Below, piece after piece: positions 26,221 to 41,045 of a DNA stretch of 64,000 nt. The notes below the pieces were generated by a model, which was not told where the DNA came from, searched no databases, and was given only the letters and a program-made list of their open reading frames with translations. Source of the stretch: Octopus sinensis (taxonomy: Eukaryota); NCBI RefSeq assembly GCF_006345805.1, contig NC_043023.1:14260001-14324000 (forward strand), in the 5' to 3' direction. Positions within the stretch are counted from its first letter, which is position 1. Each line of letters starts with the position of its first letter. The translations under genes were made by a program, and so were the position numbers.

Positions 26221-26759
26221 CACACACATAAAACATGAACATATACAAATACACATGCATCTATGCAGACAAATATATACATGCACATATACAAACACAC
26301 ACACACACAGGGTGCAATAGGTAAACTGTCGCCATTTTATATTTTTAATTTTGTACATGTGCACTGTTTGGTTTTGATTTTACCGACTGCACAGTATAGT
26401 AGGATCAGTTGGGCACCATCTGTGAGAAAATCTGAGAAAATCAGCACCATCACGCAATTCATCCTGCCAGAAATTTGGAAACACACTGTACTGTACAAGT
26501 GTATGAAGGAGGTAGTGCTACCCTGGGTCAAGAGGGTGGTTGCCGAAAGACCAAATGCTAAAATGCTGATTTTTTACATGTCACCGGCACGGGTGATAGT
26601 CGGATGGCACTGGCATCAGTCATAACATTATATGTACTGTGTTTATTAAAACACAATACAGTAATACCTTGACATACAAGTTAATTCGTTCCCAGAGACC
26701 ACTTGTAAAGTGAAAACTCAAAGAACAGCAATAATTTCCTTTAGTTATGAAAGCCTGTT

Positions 26760-27430
26760 GGGGTTCGACAATGACGTCAGTGACGCTGGAGGTCAGAGCA
26801 GAACCCAAAGGCGGATGTGCAGATGCAGCCATATTTTGGGCACGTAAAAGCAGAAGTAGGGTTGGGGATCCTCTCTTTTCAGGCTGGTCGCTTCTGGTCC
26901 AGGCTCTTGAGGCGCTTTTCCTCGAACAGCCTAACACCCTTTTGGACAGTTGGACACCAGGCACCACAGTCAGAAGCAAGCAATTCCCAGCCACGGGCTG
27001 AAATTCCACAGGGAAGTTTTCATGCTGCCCTTGTATTGCCTCAGTGGCCATCCAGTGTTTCTTGCTCCAGAAGCCAGCTCAGAGAAGAAGATCATCTTTG
27101 GCAGATGCGCGTTGTCCATTCAGACTACATGTCTGACCCACCGGAGCTGGGCCTTCATGATGAGGACTTCGATCCTGGGCATTTCGGCTCTGCTTAGCAC
27201 CTCAGTGTTGGAGACTGTCCTCCCAGGAAATTCCCATGATTTGTCACAAGTAGCAGAGGTAGAACTGGTCAAGTACTCGCATTTGCCTCCTATACAGCGT
27301 CCATGTCCCACAGCCATAGAGCAGAGAGGTGATGATGACTGCCCTACAGACTACCAGCTTGGTGGAAAGTCTGTTGCCTCGTTTGGCCCACACACGTGTC
27401 CAATGCTTAGACCCCCATTGTCCAGGTGAT
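26760..27430 (-). mobile_element. Old degenerate RTE (BovB-like) LINE C-terminal fragment
   Basis: SNTEVLSRAEMPRIEVLIMKAQLRWVRHVV is a typical RTE C-terminal motif; the frame is interrupted. Confidence 0.75.
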
Positions 27431-29840
27431 GTTCAAAATGTTAATGATTGTGGCCCCACAGTGAAGTTATAGAATAATCTTCTAAAAAACCTTAGAAAGC
27501 ATTTTAGTTTTTTCCCCACCTTTTTATTTTGTCTCAACCATTAGACTGCAGTCATGTTGGGGTAGAGCCTTCAGGAATTTTTAGTCAAATGAATTACTCT
27601 CTTTACTCTTTTTTACTTGTTTCTCTCAATTGGCTGTGGCCATACTGGAGCACCACCTTTAGTCGAGCAAATCGACCCCAGGACAGTCTTTGTAAGCCTA
27701 ATATTTATTCTATCGGTCTCTTTTGCTGAACTGCTAAGTTACAGGGATGTAGACACACCAGCATCGGTTGTCAAGTGATGTTGGGGGAACAGACACAAAC
27801 ATACACACACACACACATTATATACACACACACACACAACCAGCTTCTTTCAGTTTCCGTCTACCAAATCCACTCACAAGGCTTTGGTCGGCCCGAGACT
27901 ATAGTACAAGATACTTGTCCAAAGTGCCATGCAGTGGGACTGAACCCTGAACCATGTGGTTCATAAGCAAGCTACTTACCACACAGCCACTCCTACGCCA
28001 ATTGACAATATTTTTCTTATGTCTGGGACTTATTCTATCAGTCTCTTTTGTACAACCACTAAGTTGAAACAGCAATTCCGGTCGTTGAGTGGTTGTAAGG
28101 GACAAACCGAAAGATATGCATGCGAACACACACAACTGGCCTGCTTTCATTTTCTGTCTATCGAATCCACTCGCAAGGCTTTGGCCAGACCAAAGCTATA
28201 GTAAAAGACACCTGTCCAAGTTTCCATGCAGTGGGGCTGAACCCAGAACCATGTGGCTGGGAAGCAAGCTTCTTACCACAGAGCTATGCCTCTGTGTGTG
28301 TGTGTGTGTGTGCGCGTGCGCCAATGGGCTTCTTTCGGTTCCATCTAACAAATTGACAAGACTTTGGTCAGCCCAAGACTATAGAAGACACTTGCCCAAG
28401 GATCCACACTATGGAATTGAACCCAGAAGTATGTGCCACAAGATTTCCAACATCTGAAGAGTATTTTGAAAATAGATAAAAAAATATTGGTATGTATGGT
28501 GCATGATTTATCTATTCTAAAAATATTTACTTACTCATTTAACTAATTATAGCTAATTTCTTTTTTAATTACATTTTCCTTAAAGACTTCACTGAAGCAA
28601 GTCAGTACATATCACACTCTTTTGCTTACCAACCACATGGTCCCAGGTTCAGTCCCACTGCATGGCACCTTGGGCAAGTGTTCAGTTTCCATCTCTCAAA
28701 TCATTTTAACAACTTTCCTTTGAGCCAACCAAAGCCCTGTGAATGGATTCGGTAGACGGAAACTGTCCTTGTTTGTCCCCTCTGTTTAGCCCCTTGTGAG
28801 CAATAAAGAAATAAGAAACCAAGCCAAATCAGAGTGGAATCTGGTGCAGCTCTCCAATCTGCCAGCTCTGGTCAAACTGTCCAACCCATGCCAGCATGGA
28901 AAACAAACGTTAAATGATGATAATGGTATGTGTTTGCATGTACCCTTGGCATGCTATGATGGTTGTACATAAACTGGGCTGTACAGTTCCAGTCTTCTGT
29001 GAAAAATGTGTTTGGCCTTGGGGGAAATATTATTACCTTGCTTGGAAACAGGCAAATGTTAGCAACTGGAAGAGCGTCTGGTTGTAAAAGACCTACCTCA
29101 GCAAATTCAGTCTGATGTTAAAGGATGATGATAATAATGTGTGTGTGTTGTGTGTACCCTTGCCTTAGCATTTTCAGTTCCATGCTTACATTGTAAGCAT
29201 GGAAAAGTGGTTGTTAAACAATGGTGAATGGGACAGACACTTTGTTTGTTTGAATCTCGACGAAAATTCACAACAGTGCCTCTTTCTGTGTGAGACATTG
29301 TTCTATGTAAATGATTGTCTTTATCATTGTTCATATCAACGCAATGAGATTACATTTGCGGGAACCTAACAGAAAAGACAGTGAAATTATATAAAATGTT
29401 TTACATCACATGTTCTAAACAATGTAGCTATAAAAAAAGCAGTGGTTTTATAAGTGACAAACTGTGAGCACATTTTATCATTTTTCTATTCTGCTTAGGA
29501 AATTTGTAAGTTTGATTTTTTTTTCTTTTCAAGTATCACCATTGTAGGTATTTTATACTGGTGAAACCAAATCAACTCGTAAATAAACGAAACCCTTGAA
29601 TCAATCACTGTGCATGCATGCGCGCACATACACACACATCTATGTTTGAAGATAATCAAACCGAATTTTCATCATTTTGAGCCATTCACCCGATGAGTAT
29701 TTCTACCAAATTTGATGAAAATCCATTCAGCCTGTTTCGAATAATTTTGTAAATACACAAAGACGAGCGACCACAATACCTCGCTTTTGCTTACGTGCGC
29801 AGAGTATTTACTGAAATTGCAAATAGCAGTTTTTTGCAAT

Positions 29841-30988
29841 GTGACTAAAGGCCTCTCACTCAGAGTAAAAGGCAGACTAGAAGTAGTTGATAGCTTTCGT
29901 TACCTAGGTGACCAAGTCAGTAGCAGGGGTGGGTGCTCTGAAAGTGTAGCTGCTAGAGTAAGAATAGCCTGGGCAAAGTTCAGAGAGCTCTTACCTCTGC
30001 TGGTGACAAAGGGCCTCTCGCTCAGAGTAAAAGGCAGATTGTATGATGCATGTGTATGAACAGCCATGCTACATGGCAGTGAAACATGGGCTGTGACTGC
30101 TGAGGACATGCGTAAGCTCATGAGGAATGAGGCCAGTATGCTCCGATGGATGTGTAATGTCAACACTCGACAGAGTGTAAGTACCTCGAGAGAAAAGTTG
30201 GACGTAAGAAGCATCAGCTGCGGTGTGCAAGAGAGACGATTGTGCTGATATGGTCATGTGGCGACAATGGATGAAGATAGGTGTGTGAAAAAGTGCCAAT
30301 CCCTAGCAGTTGAGGGAACCCGTGGAAGAGGCAGACCCAGGAAAACCTGGGACGAGGTGGTGAAGCACGACCTTCGAACTTTAGGCCTCACCGAGGCAAT
30401 GACTAGTGACCGAGACCATTGGAAATATGCTGTGCTTGAGAAGACCCGGCAGGACAAGTGAGTCCGTACCGTGTCCCTTGCCAGGGATGTAACCAGCCCA
30501 CTTATGCATGCCTTTCCTTCCTTGGACACACAAAGACCTGTTGAGGCAAGCGAAGTCGAAATCGAATTCGAAATTGAACCAATCCTATGACTGGCACCCG
30601 GCAGTTGCCAGGGTCGCTGGACTGACTCCTGTTCAGGTGGCAAGTGAAGAAACACCATTTTGACCCTGTGCTTGGGAAATCCATTGAGTCAACGACACCA
30701 ACATCAAAAATCAATGGAAACTGCAATTGTCTGTGCTGGTGGCACGTAAAAAACACCATCCGAACGTGGCCGATGCCAGCGCTGCCTTGACTGGCTTCCG
30801 TGCCAGTTGCCACGTAAAACGCACCCAATACACTCTTGGAGTGGTTGGCGTTAGGAAGGGCATCCAGCTGTAGAAACACTGTCAGATCAGACTGGAGCCT
30901 GGTGCAGCCTTCTGGCTTCCCAGATCCCCGGTCGAACCGTCCAACCCATGCTAGCATGGAAAATGGACATTAAACGATGATGATGATC
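29841..30988 (+). mobile_element. 3' fragment of the same RTE family
   Basis: VVDSFRYLGDQ...LVTKGLSLRVKGRLYDACV nearly identical to the 45 kb copy. Contains stops and frameshifts and ends in (GAT)n. Confidence 0.9.
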
Positions 30989-31565
30989 AGTAAATGTTTT
31001 ACTTGCTGGTTCCCTTATTGGTGGTGATGTATTCTAGTCCAAACATGAGGCTGGGAGGTAAGTATGCACCAAAGACAAGGTCCTAAAAAGCTGAACTGCA
31101 TCTGAGGCTCTAGCTGACCATTGCTGGGACAAATTTTTATCTCCCTCCAATATCAAGAAATGTTATCTTGGGACAAGTACTACAGTAACTGACCTATCGA
31201 CTATACATTACAGATGATACACAGATGGATAGATTATATATCTTGTATCTTTCATCTGTTTGTCATTGGACTGCAGACAGGTTTAGTCAAATCTTCTGCA
31301 ATATTTATATTTAAGAACTTTCACTAAACCAAGTTATGGGGATGTAAACAAACTAACACCAGTTGTCAAGTGGTGGTGAAGGACAAACACAAATACATGA
31401 TGGGCTTCTTTCAGTTTCCATCTATCAAATCTGCCCACAAGGCTTTGGTTGTCCCAGGGCTATAGAAGATACTTAGCCAAGGTGCCATGCAGTGGGACTG
31501 AACCCAGAACCATGTGGCTAACAAATACACTTCTTACTACACAGCCATAAACATTGCATATAAGA

Positions 31566-31596
<31 letters not shown>

Positions 31597-34500
31597 CACT
31601 ATATATATAGATAGATAGACAGATGGATAGTGTATATGAACACAGAAGGATAAAAGCTGAAAAGCTTAAATTTTTCTATAATTCATGTTTTAATTGTTCT
31701 GGACATCTGTCTCAAAGGAATAAAAACGTATTTAAAAATACATACTGGGCATAATTCTTTAGGAGAAACACAGGTGTGACACAGACACCCTAGTATTATT
31801 ACATAGCACCAGATGGCCCCATGCTGTCAAAAATGGCTGATTGTAGTATTTTATATATAAGGTACTTAATCATAGATACAAATATTCATATGCCTCCTTC
31901 GTACATGCAGAGTTGAAACGCTGTTTGATTTTTCTTTTCAGTGTTTAATGTTCACCATCCCACTTCCATTGCAATCATACACACACTCATGCAGAGTTGA
32001 AACGCTGTTTGATTTTTTTTCAATGTAGGCGTAGGAGTGGCTGTGTGGTAAGTAACTTGCTTACGAACTACATTGTTCCGAGTTCAGTCCCACTGCGTGG
32101 CACCTCAGGCAACTGTCTTCTACTATAGCCTCGGGCTGACCAAAGCCTTGTGAGTGGATTTGGCAGACGGAAACTGAAAGCAGCCTCGTATATATGTATA
32201 TGTGTGCATATGTTTGTGTGTCTGTGTTTTTCCCCCCAACATCGCTTGACAACCGATGCTGGCGTGTTTACGTCCCTGTGACTTAGCGGTTCAGCAAAAG
32301 AGACCGATAGAATAAGTTCTAGGCTTACAAAGAATAAGTCCTGGGGTCGATTTGCTCGACTAAAGGCAGTGCTCCAGCATGGCCACAGTCAAATGACTGA
32401 AACAAGTAAAAGAGTAGAACTTCCATCATCCCTTCCTTCCTTATTCATCCATCACCCCTTCCTTTCTCATGCTGGCAGGGGATGGATGGCTTGGCAGAAG
32501 ACTCGCAAGACAGGGAGCTGCACCAAACTCCCATCTGATCTGGTGAGGTTTCTACAGCTGGATGCCCTTCCTAACGCCAACCACTGAGAGTGTAGTGGGT
32601 GCTGTTTTTACTTGCCACCAGCATGGGAGCCTGTCAGGCGGCACTGACATCGACCATGCTCGAATGGTGCTTTTTATGTGCCACCTTTTGTCCTGAACTG
32701 CACTGCATTTGTTTCAAAACTTTGAAAATAAAGAATTTGGTAAAACATCTGTGGAGGGAACACCCAGGAAGATATGGAACAAGGTGGTGAAGAATGATCT
32801 TCAAACGTTGGACCTCATGGTGGCAATGACAAGTGATCGAGACATTTGGCCATTCCTTCGATATAGCTCAACAAGGTCGAAACATTTCACTTTGGGTAAT
32901 TCCGTGGGTTGTGGAGTATAGATATAACGAAATTATGCCAGCAATGCCTCATTTTAACCCTTTAGCATTTAAACTGATCATATCAGGCCCAAATCTTCTA
33001 CCTGTTTTATATTCAAATTGGCCAGATCTGGCATCTTGCACCTACCATACAATGTAATTCTGAAAATAAAGTCACACTATCAAAATTCCAAAGCTATGAG
33101 ATAATGCATGATTAATTCAAAACAATGTGAATACAAAAGCATTGCATTTGGCAAATTAATCTGAACACTAAAGGGTTAAACTTGAAGAAAAAGAAGCCTT
33201 GCACATTTGTTCTTGGCTGTTTCATGTGTGTATGAAAAATCTGTAAATTTCCAAGCAGAAAACAGAATCAAACTGTCATTTGCTTCCACGGAAATACCCG
33301 AAGCAAAGTGCTGCCAGCCTCGCCTGGCCCCCGTGCCGGTGACACGTAAAAGCACCATCCGTTTCATGGCCGTTTGCCAGCCTCGCCTGACCCCGTGCCG
33401 GTGACACATAAAAGCACCATCCGTTCGTGGCCGTTTGCCAGCTGCGGGTGGCACATAAAAAGCACCCACTACACTCACGGAGTGGTTGGCGTTAGGAAGG
33501 GCATCCAGCCGTAGATACACTGCCAGATCTGACTGGGCCTGATGAAGCCTTCCAGCTTCACAGACCCCAGTTGAACCATCCAACCCATGCTAGCATGGAG
33601 AACAGACGCTAAATGATGATGATGAGTTATATCAAAAGAATGCCGACATTTCATGATATGCCATGCTTGAGAAGACCTCTCAAGCCAAGTGAAATTGTTG
33701 TGGCAGGTGCCAGTGTTATGTAAAAAGCACCCATTACACTCTTAGAATGGTTGCCAATGCAAGAAGACACACACACACACCAACTCCACTCACAAAGCGT
33801 CGATCAGCCCAGGGCTATAGTAGAAAGCCCGTAACCCTTTTGTTACCATATTTCTGCTGGGACGCTCTGTGTTTTTCTCTCGGTTAATTTTAAATATAAC
33901 TCTCGCTCTCTCTTTTACTCTTTTACTTGTTTCAGTCATTTGACTGTGGCCATGCTGGAGCACCGCCTTTAGTCGAGCAAATCTCTTTTGCCAAACCGCT
34001 AAGTTATGGGGACGGAAACACACCAGCATCAGTTGTCAAGCGATGTTGGGAGGGCAAACACAGACACACAAACATATACACACACATACATACATATATA
34101 TATACGACGGGGCTTCTTTTAGTTTCCGTCTACCAAATCCACTCACAAGGCTTTGGTTGGCCCGAGGCTATAGTAGAAGACACTTGCCCAAGTGGTTGCA
34201 AAACATATGCCTAAAGCAAAATTTTTTCAGAGGCCCTTAAAATGGCAAAGGTAAAGAAATACGCACATCCAGTGTTTCGGGTTACGCCGAAAATGGGTGG
34301 GGTGCGTACTCTTTACTTCCACCTTAGCCCTCCCCCTAAAATACTCTCTCTTTTACTCTTTTGTTTCAGTCATTTGACTGCGGCCATGCTGGAGCACTCC
34401 CTTCAATCGAGCAACTCGACCCCGGGACTTATTCTTTTGAAAGCCCAGTACTTATTCTATCGGTCTCTTTTGCCGAACCGCTAAGTAACGGGGACATAAA

Positions 34501-35147
34501 CACACCAGCATCGGTTGTCAATCAATGCTAAGGGGACAAACACAGACACACAAACACGCATATATATACAACAGGCTTCTTTCAGTTTCCGTCAACCAAA
34601 TCCACCCACAAGGCTTTGGTTGGCCCAAAGCTATAGTAGAAGACACTTGCCCAAGTTCCATGCAGTGGGACTGAACCCGGAATCATGTGGTTGGTAAACA
34701 AGCTACTTACCACACAGCCACTCCTGCGCCTATTGTAGATCCTTAATTTACTATTTTGTCGCATGAACCCCAAAAAATCTGAGGTGAACTCTTGGGGGCC
34801 ACATGGACACTGATTGAGAACCACTGCTCTAGATTAATACCAAAGTAACGCCGGCGAAAGTAAAGAATACGTAGACCCGTTTCTAGGGTTCTCGACAAAA
34901 ATTTAAGGTGCTGCCTCAGCATGGCCACAGTCCAACGACTCGAACAAACACGAGAGACAAAAAAAAAAAAAACAGGAGTGGCTGTGTGGTAAGTAGCTTG
35001 CTAACCAACCACATGGTTCCAGGTTCAGTCCCACTGCGTGGCATCTTGGGCAAGTGTCTTCTGCCATAGCCCCGGGCCGACCAATGCCTTGTGAGTGGAT
35101 TTGGTAGACGGAAACTGAAAGAAGCCTGTCGTATATATGTATATATG

Positions 35148-35182
<35 letters not shown>

Positions 35183-36156
35183 TTGTCCCCCTAGCATTGC
35201 TTGACAACCGATGCTGGTGTGTTTACGTCCCCGTCACTTAGCAGTTCGGCAAAAGAGACCGATAGAATAAGTACTGGGCTTACAAAGAATAAGTCCCGGG
35301 GTCGATTTGCTCGACCAAAGGCGGTGCTCCAGCATGGCCGCAGTCAAATGACTGAAACAAGTAGAAGAGTAAAGAGTAAGAAGAAAGCATGAGCCTGGTA
35401 ATTTTATTTCCGTTTCAAATCCGACACTAAACTAGGACATAAGCCAACTAGGACATAAGCCAACAAGGAGTGGCCAGTCACGAGATTACAATGACAATAG
35501 CTGAAACCAATTTGATGTTACACAGGGACTTAATAAACAAGCCATCATCAATTGTCAAGAGATGGGAAACAAATACACACAACCATATATATATATATAG
35601 AGTCGATAAATTAAGTACCAGTTACGCACTGGGGTCGATGTAATCGACTTAATCCGTTTGTCTGTCCTTGTTTGTCCCTTCTGTGTTTAGCCCCTTGTGG
35701 GTAGTAAAGAAATACATATATATATATAGAGAGAGAGAGATACTACATACATATAGGTATATACACACACATGCGTAAATATACGTACATAATATATTTA
35801 CACTGAAACGAAAAGCATTTCGTTTCGCGCTCCCGTTTCGGGTTTTATATGTAATTCCATGCGAACCGTTTAGGCGTGTTAGAAAAATGAAAAAAAACCC
35901 AACGTGTTTTCCATTGTATTCCGCTATTCTGGTTTGTTCGTAATTTTTGAACAGTATCGTACAACGTATGTGGTCCCCAATGAGGGGATTGGGGCGAGGA
36001 TTAGAGTGGGGGGACATAAAATAAACGAAGTTCATTAGATCCTTTTTAAGACAAAAATTCAATCTTAATTGATAAATTACATGTCATGGCAATACAATAA
36101 TGCATACATTAACTGCTTAATTGAAAAACGTTTAAAGTCCATCTGTTGTATTAAAC

Positions 36157-36360
36157 GGTCCAGATGGGGGATAAAAACAACGAACCCTTACTTCCCTTAA
36201 TTTTTTTTTTATTATACACGGAAATTGAAATTTTGAAGTTGCGATTTTTGAAATTTTTTTTTCAGAATCGGAATCTCCATAGCCTAAAACGTGGGATTCC
36301 GTAAAAAAATTTAAAATTAGGTGGGTAAAGGGTTCCGTTTACATATCCTCTATCTGGACC
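36157..36360. mobile_element. Small MITE-like element with imperfect TIRs
   Basis: ggtccagatgggggata...gaaccctta / taaagggttcc...tatcctctatctggacc. Confidence 0.6.
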
Positions 36361-36861
36361 CGTTAGCGGGTTAGTTTTAGGGTTACGTAGATACGTCGAG
36401 ACCTCTGTATTTAAAAAGAGTACCTATATACATATAAACACATGTAATTTTTACACGTTGGGAACAGTACAGGAAAATACAAAGGTGGGGTTAGACAGGA
36501 GTGTAAAAAAATTATTTTTTTAAATTAGAAAAATAAAAATTTTAACAAAGAATAATTCCCCAATAATTATTTATTTTATTGGCCACACGGGCCCAAGACG
36601 AAGGGCAATATCAAAGAACGAATTTACAACGCACAAAACATATGGGGTTAACATCGATCAAAGTGACACAATAATAATAATTTCAAATTTTGCCACAAGT
36701 CCAGCAAAGTCGGGACACGAGATAAATCAATTACACTGACCCCAGCGTTAAACTGGTTACTTATTTCATCGACCCCCGAAACGACGAAGGGCAAAGTCGA
36801 CCTCGGCGGAATTTGAACTCAGAACGTTTAGACGGACGTAATAATAAATTGGTGTACTTAC

Positions 36862-37030
36862 GTTGGTTGCTTTGGGCGTTGGTGATCTGTAGATCGAACT
36901 CCACTGACTTGCCCAGCTTCTTCTGTTGGATAATGGCCTTCTTGAGATCGGCCAGGGATATGTGCAGCCCGTCAAAGGTGACGGTGTCATAATTGAGGCA
37001 GCTCTTGAATTTGTAGTGAACAGAAGACAT
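36862..37030 (-). CDS. RBBP6: RBBP6 coding exon 1 (N-terminal part of the DWNN ubiquitin-like domain)
   Basis: MSSVHYKFKSCLNYDTVTFDGLHISLADLKKAIIQQKKLGKSVEFDLQITNAQSNQ closely matches the RBBP6 N-terminus (human MSCVHYKFSSKLNYDTVTFDGLHISLCDLKK...DLQITNAQTKE). GTAAGT donor at 36861; 169 nt, phase 1. Confidence 0.96.
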
Positions 37031-38445
37031 GGCTCAGCTTAGCCTGGCTCTGTTCCAGGTATCGGCTGGTCGGCGGCTAGGGGCCACGTGTTACCCCTTA
37101 CCGGCACACACCAACCAATCAAACCAGGCCAAACCAAACCGATTGGCCACTTCTGTCCGTTTCTTTTTTCTTTTTTTTTTATCTTCCTTCTTCACTCAGG
37201 TGGTAGCGAGGACGACGAGTCGGTTATTTTTCCGTCAGGGATGAAGATGGGTTACAAAAGGGCCGACGAAGCAGGGGTAAGGGAGAAACGAAGAAGGGCT
37301 TTTATTTGCTCTTCCCTCGACCTTTGAACTTTCAATTCAGTTATAGTGGATGGTGTTACTACTGCTTCTGATGAACAAAACAATGGTTGGTCTGGATGTG
37401 GTTTGTATGGTGTATACCAAACAGGATTTTAGTTGTACTAACAGCAACAATAATAATAATAGTCCTTGCTGTTGAAGTTTATGGTGATCATCCGCAAGCT
37501 GGTTAATAAATATGCTCTGGAGAGGTAGTAGTAGTAGTAATAGTAGGAGCGATGGTGATGATGGTGGTGTTGCTTAAATACCTGCTTAACACAAAAAAAA
37601 ACCCAACCACTCGGGAGTGGTCAACATTAAGGCAAAGAGTGCTTTATTCCCCACCGAAAACAAAAACAGGTTGGTTGGTTGGTTGGTTTGGCGGCTCGGT
37701 CTTGGCCCTGGAGCAGCAACAGCTGTGATGGATGGTGAGGTAGGTAGGTAGGTAGGTCGGTCGGTGCTGTCACTAGGGTGGCGGAGAACCGTGTGACGTA
37801 GATCTATATATATATATATATCTTCTATCAGCTGACGAACGTGCTTAGCCTTGAAGCTGGTCCGATGCGATGTTGAAATGACTCTGCGGTGGTGGTCGTG
37901 GTGGTGTTGTCGCGTTACGCAATATCCGGTAGTGGAGGATCCGGGAAGCACAACGTAAAACAGCAGCAGCGATCTTTACAGTTGACAAAAGTGACACCCA
38001 CCACCGACAGTAGAGCGGACCGACGCTTGCAGTGAGTGGTATTGCTGTTGGACAAAACAGCGATCTTACTCCGTCCTCGGAGCAGCTGGCCGATGCTGCA
38101 GTGGTATTGCAGTTGAGAAGCAGCGTTGTACTCCCTCCTCGCAGCAGTAGTAGTAGGACCGAAGCTGCGAAGCTGAATTGTTTTAAAGCAGTTGGAACAA
38201 ACGGACGTCTGAGGCTCAACGAACGGTGCTTATAGCAGTAGAGAAACAGCAGAGCGGAAGTAGGGGGCAGCAGCAGGAAAGCAGTAGGAGTTACAAATCC
38301 ATGATTCTTTGTGTGAAGAAGGCGGGGGGGGGGGAGGAAAGACAGTTAGGTTTTCAAGTTTGAAGTAGATATAGGGAGAGTGGGGGGAGACCGTTAGGGT
38401 CGTTTATGAGATCTGGCCCTTGTAAAGGGCGTATATATTATATGT
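37031..38445 (-). promoter_or_regulatory. CpG-rich RBBP6 5' leader and proximal promoter region
   Basis: About 1.4 kb of unique, CpG-retaining sequence directly upstream of the ATG in an otherwise CpG-poor window. Weak TATA-like motif near 38431-38440. Confidence 0.6.
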
Positions 38446-38483
38446 AGGTGTATGTGTGTGCGTGTAAATGTCTATATATATTG

Positions 38484-38516
<33 letters not shown>

Positions 38517-38831
38517 ATATTAAATGTGTCTTAATTGTCTCAGTTTATGTATGTATGTGTGTGAGAAACACACACACAAGCGTGTGTCTGTATATTTGTA
38601 TGGGATATGTGTGTGTGTGTGAATGTGTAATGTATGCTGTGACCTTGTGTGAACGCTTGGGTTACAAGTTCGATCGCAAAGTTCGCCGAGTCTTAAGTCA
38701 CAAATTGTATCATTTTACACTACAATATCACGTGGAGTGCAATTCATATATATACATATATATATATATATGAAATTATGGTAGTTAGTGGTGTTGGGAT
38801 TTTTTTTTTTTAATTTTTCAAGGGGGTGAAA

Positions 38832-38877
<46 letters not shown>

Positions 38878-39039
38878 ATCCAGGCAGGGAAATCAAGACA
38901 TCAACCGGTGCTTTTAGTCAGCCTTTGTTTCCAGATGGTGGTGATCAGCAAAAACGGGAAATTTAAATATCCTTTAAATGGGTAATGGAGAAATCTGGAA
39001 AGAAAAAAATACAATACATTTATATACATATATAAATGT

Positions 39040-39407
39040 ATATAATACATATATACATGTATAAATATATATTGAACATGTATATTATATAAACATACGC
39101 AATGTTTTATATAGAAATGTAATATACATACATTTCCTATGCTATATATTTAAGACATAGTAATTAGTGTTAAATGTATATATATATTATTCAAAGGAAT
39201 TCCAACAATATATAAGTATATAATACATATATACATGTATAAATATATATTGAACATGTATATTATATAAACATACGTAATGTTTTATAAATAAATGTAA
39301 TATACATACATTGCCTATGCTATATATTTAAGACATAGTACTTAGTGTTAAATGTATGTATGTATATATATATATATATATTAATATTATTCAAAGGAAT
39401 TCCAACA
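39040..39407. repeat. Tandem duplication of an AT-rich unit of about 180 bp
   Basis: Two copies ending tattattcaaaggaattccaaca. A second duplication of about 85 bp follows at 39545-39695. Confidence 0.85.
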
Positions 39408-39693
39408 GTTTTTTGTTTTATTTATATTCTTTATAATATTAATGTAGAATCTAGAATATATAGTATAAATAGTATATATATGGTTAAATGAAATGAAATA
39501 TTGATTGCCTTATTCAATAGATGAAATATTGAATATCAAATATTAAGGGACTAATATACTTTCTTGCATTTAAGCAGTTTTCAAGGTCCCAGGTTGTGAC
39601 AGGAATGTTTCAATATATATATATATATATTAAGGGACTTGTATACTTCTTGCATTAAAGCAGTCTTCAAGGTCCCAGGTTGTGACAGGAATG

Positions 39694-39739
<46 letters not shown>

Positions 39740-40269
39740 TACAGTAATTGCAGGTATAAATTTATTATGTATATATATGTGTTGTGCGTGTGTAGGAATA
39801 TATCTATAAAGAAATCTGCTTATTAATTAGTATCAATGATAATGTAAAGTGTGTGTGTGTATGTGTGGTTTTATGGTTACACAATATATGCCTAGTTTTT
39901 TTCACAAACAGCAACAAATGTATAATGTATATACAATTTATGTGAAAATTATATACACAATATATTATTGTAATCAACCTACAAGAAATATAATACTTGT
40001 ATGTATATAATACTATAACTACACAGGTACAAAGTAATATATGCATGGATTGTATATACATATATATATACACACTATGTAATGAAGTAGGTATACATTA
40101 GCTTATATACACGTAGACACTGCCATAGAAATATATAATAGATTAGATATGGATTATATACACTGTGTATATAAACAGGTTAGGCATAACGAATAGAATA
40201 GAACAGTGTGTATACTTTAATGTGTGACCTATGTATATATACAGACTTTATATGTATAGGTACATAGAC

Positions 40270-40277
40270 TGTATGTA

Positions 40278-40337
<60 letters not shown>

Positions 40338-41045
40338 CACATACTTTTATATATTTAATTTATACATTTAACATATACATTATATACACACACACGTTTA
40401 TACATTTAATATATACATTTTTGTACATTTAACATATACACATACACTATATATATATATATATGCACATATGCATAAACATATTCCAATATAAATAAGC
40501 TCATACATGCATATATATATATATATACACACACATAAATAAATATACATACACAAACATATGTACACATATATATATATATACATACTACACACACATA
40601 TATACACATATATATATACATACATACTACACACACATATATACACATATATATATACATACACACATATATACATACACACATATACACATACACACAT
40701 ATACACACTACACATATATATATATACACACACACACATATACATATACACACAAATACATACATATACACACACACATACATACATATACACACACACA
40801 TACATACATATACACACACACATACATACATATACACACACACATACATATACACACATACATACATATACACACACACATATATACATACACACATATA
40901 TACATACACACATATATACATACACACATATATACATACACACACACACATATATACATACACACACACACATATATACATACACACACACACATACGTA
41001 TATATACACACACACATATATATACATATACATGTTCATACATAT
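40270..41045. repeat. Compound (GT)/(CA)/(TA) microsatellite
   Basis: Directly visible. Confidence 0.97.

Noticed and set aside
36761-36861. Extension of the 89-aa ORF beyond DWNN exon 1
   Set aside because: Read-through past the GTAAGT donor into a SINE.
37586-38235. ORFs of 121, 124 and 67 aa in the GC-rich block
   Set aside because: Low-complexity, no recognisable homology, non-ATG starts; better explained as leader sequence.
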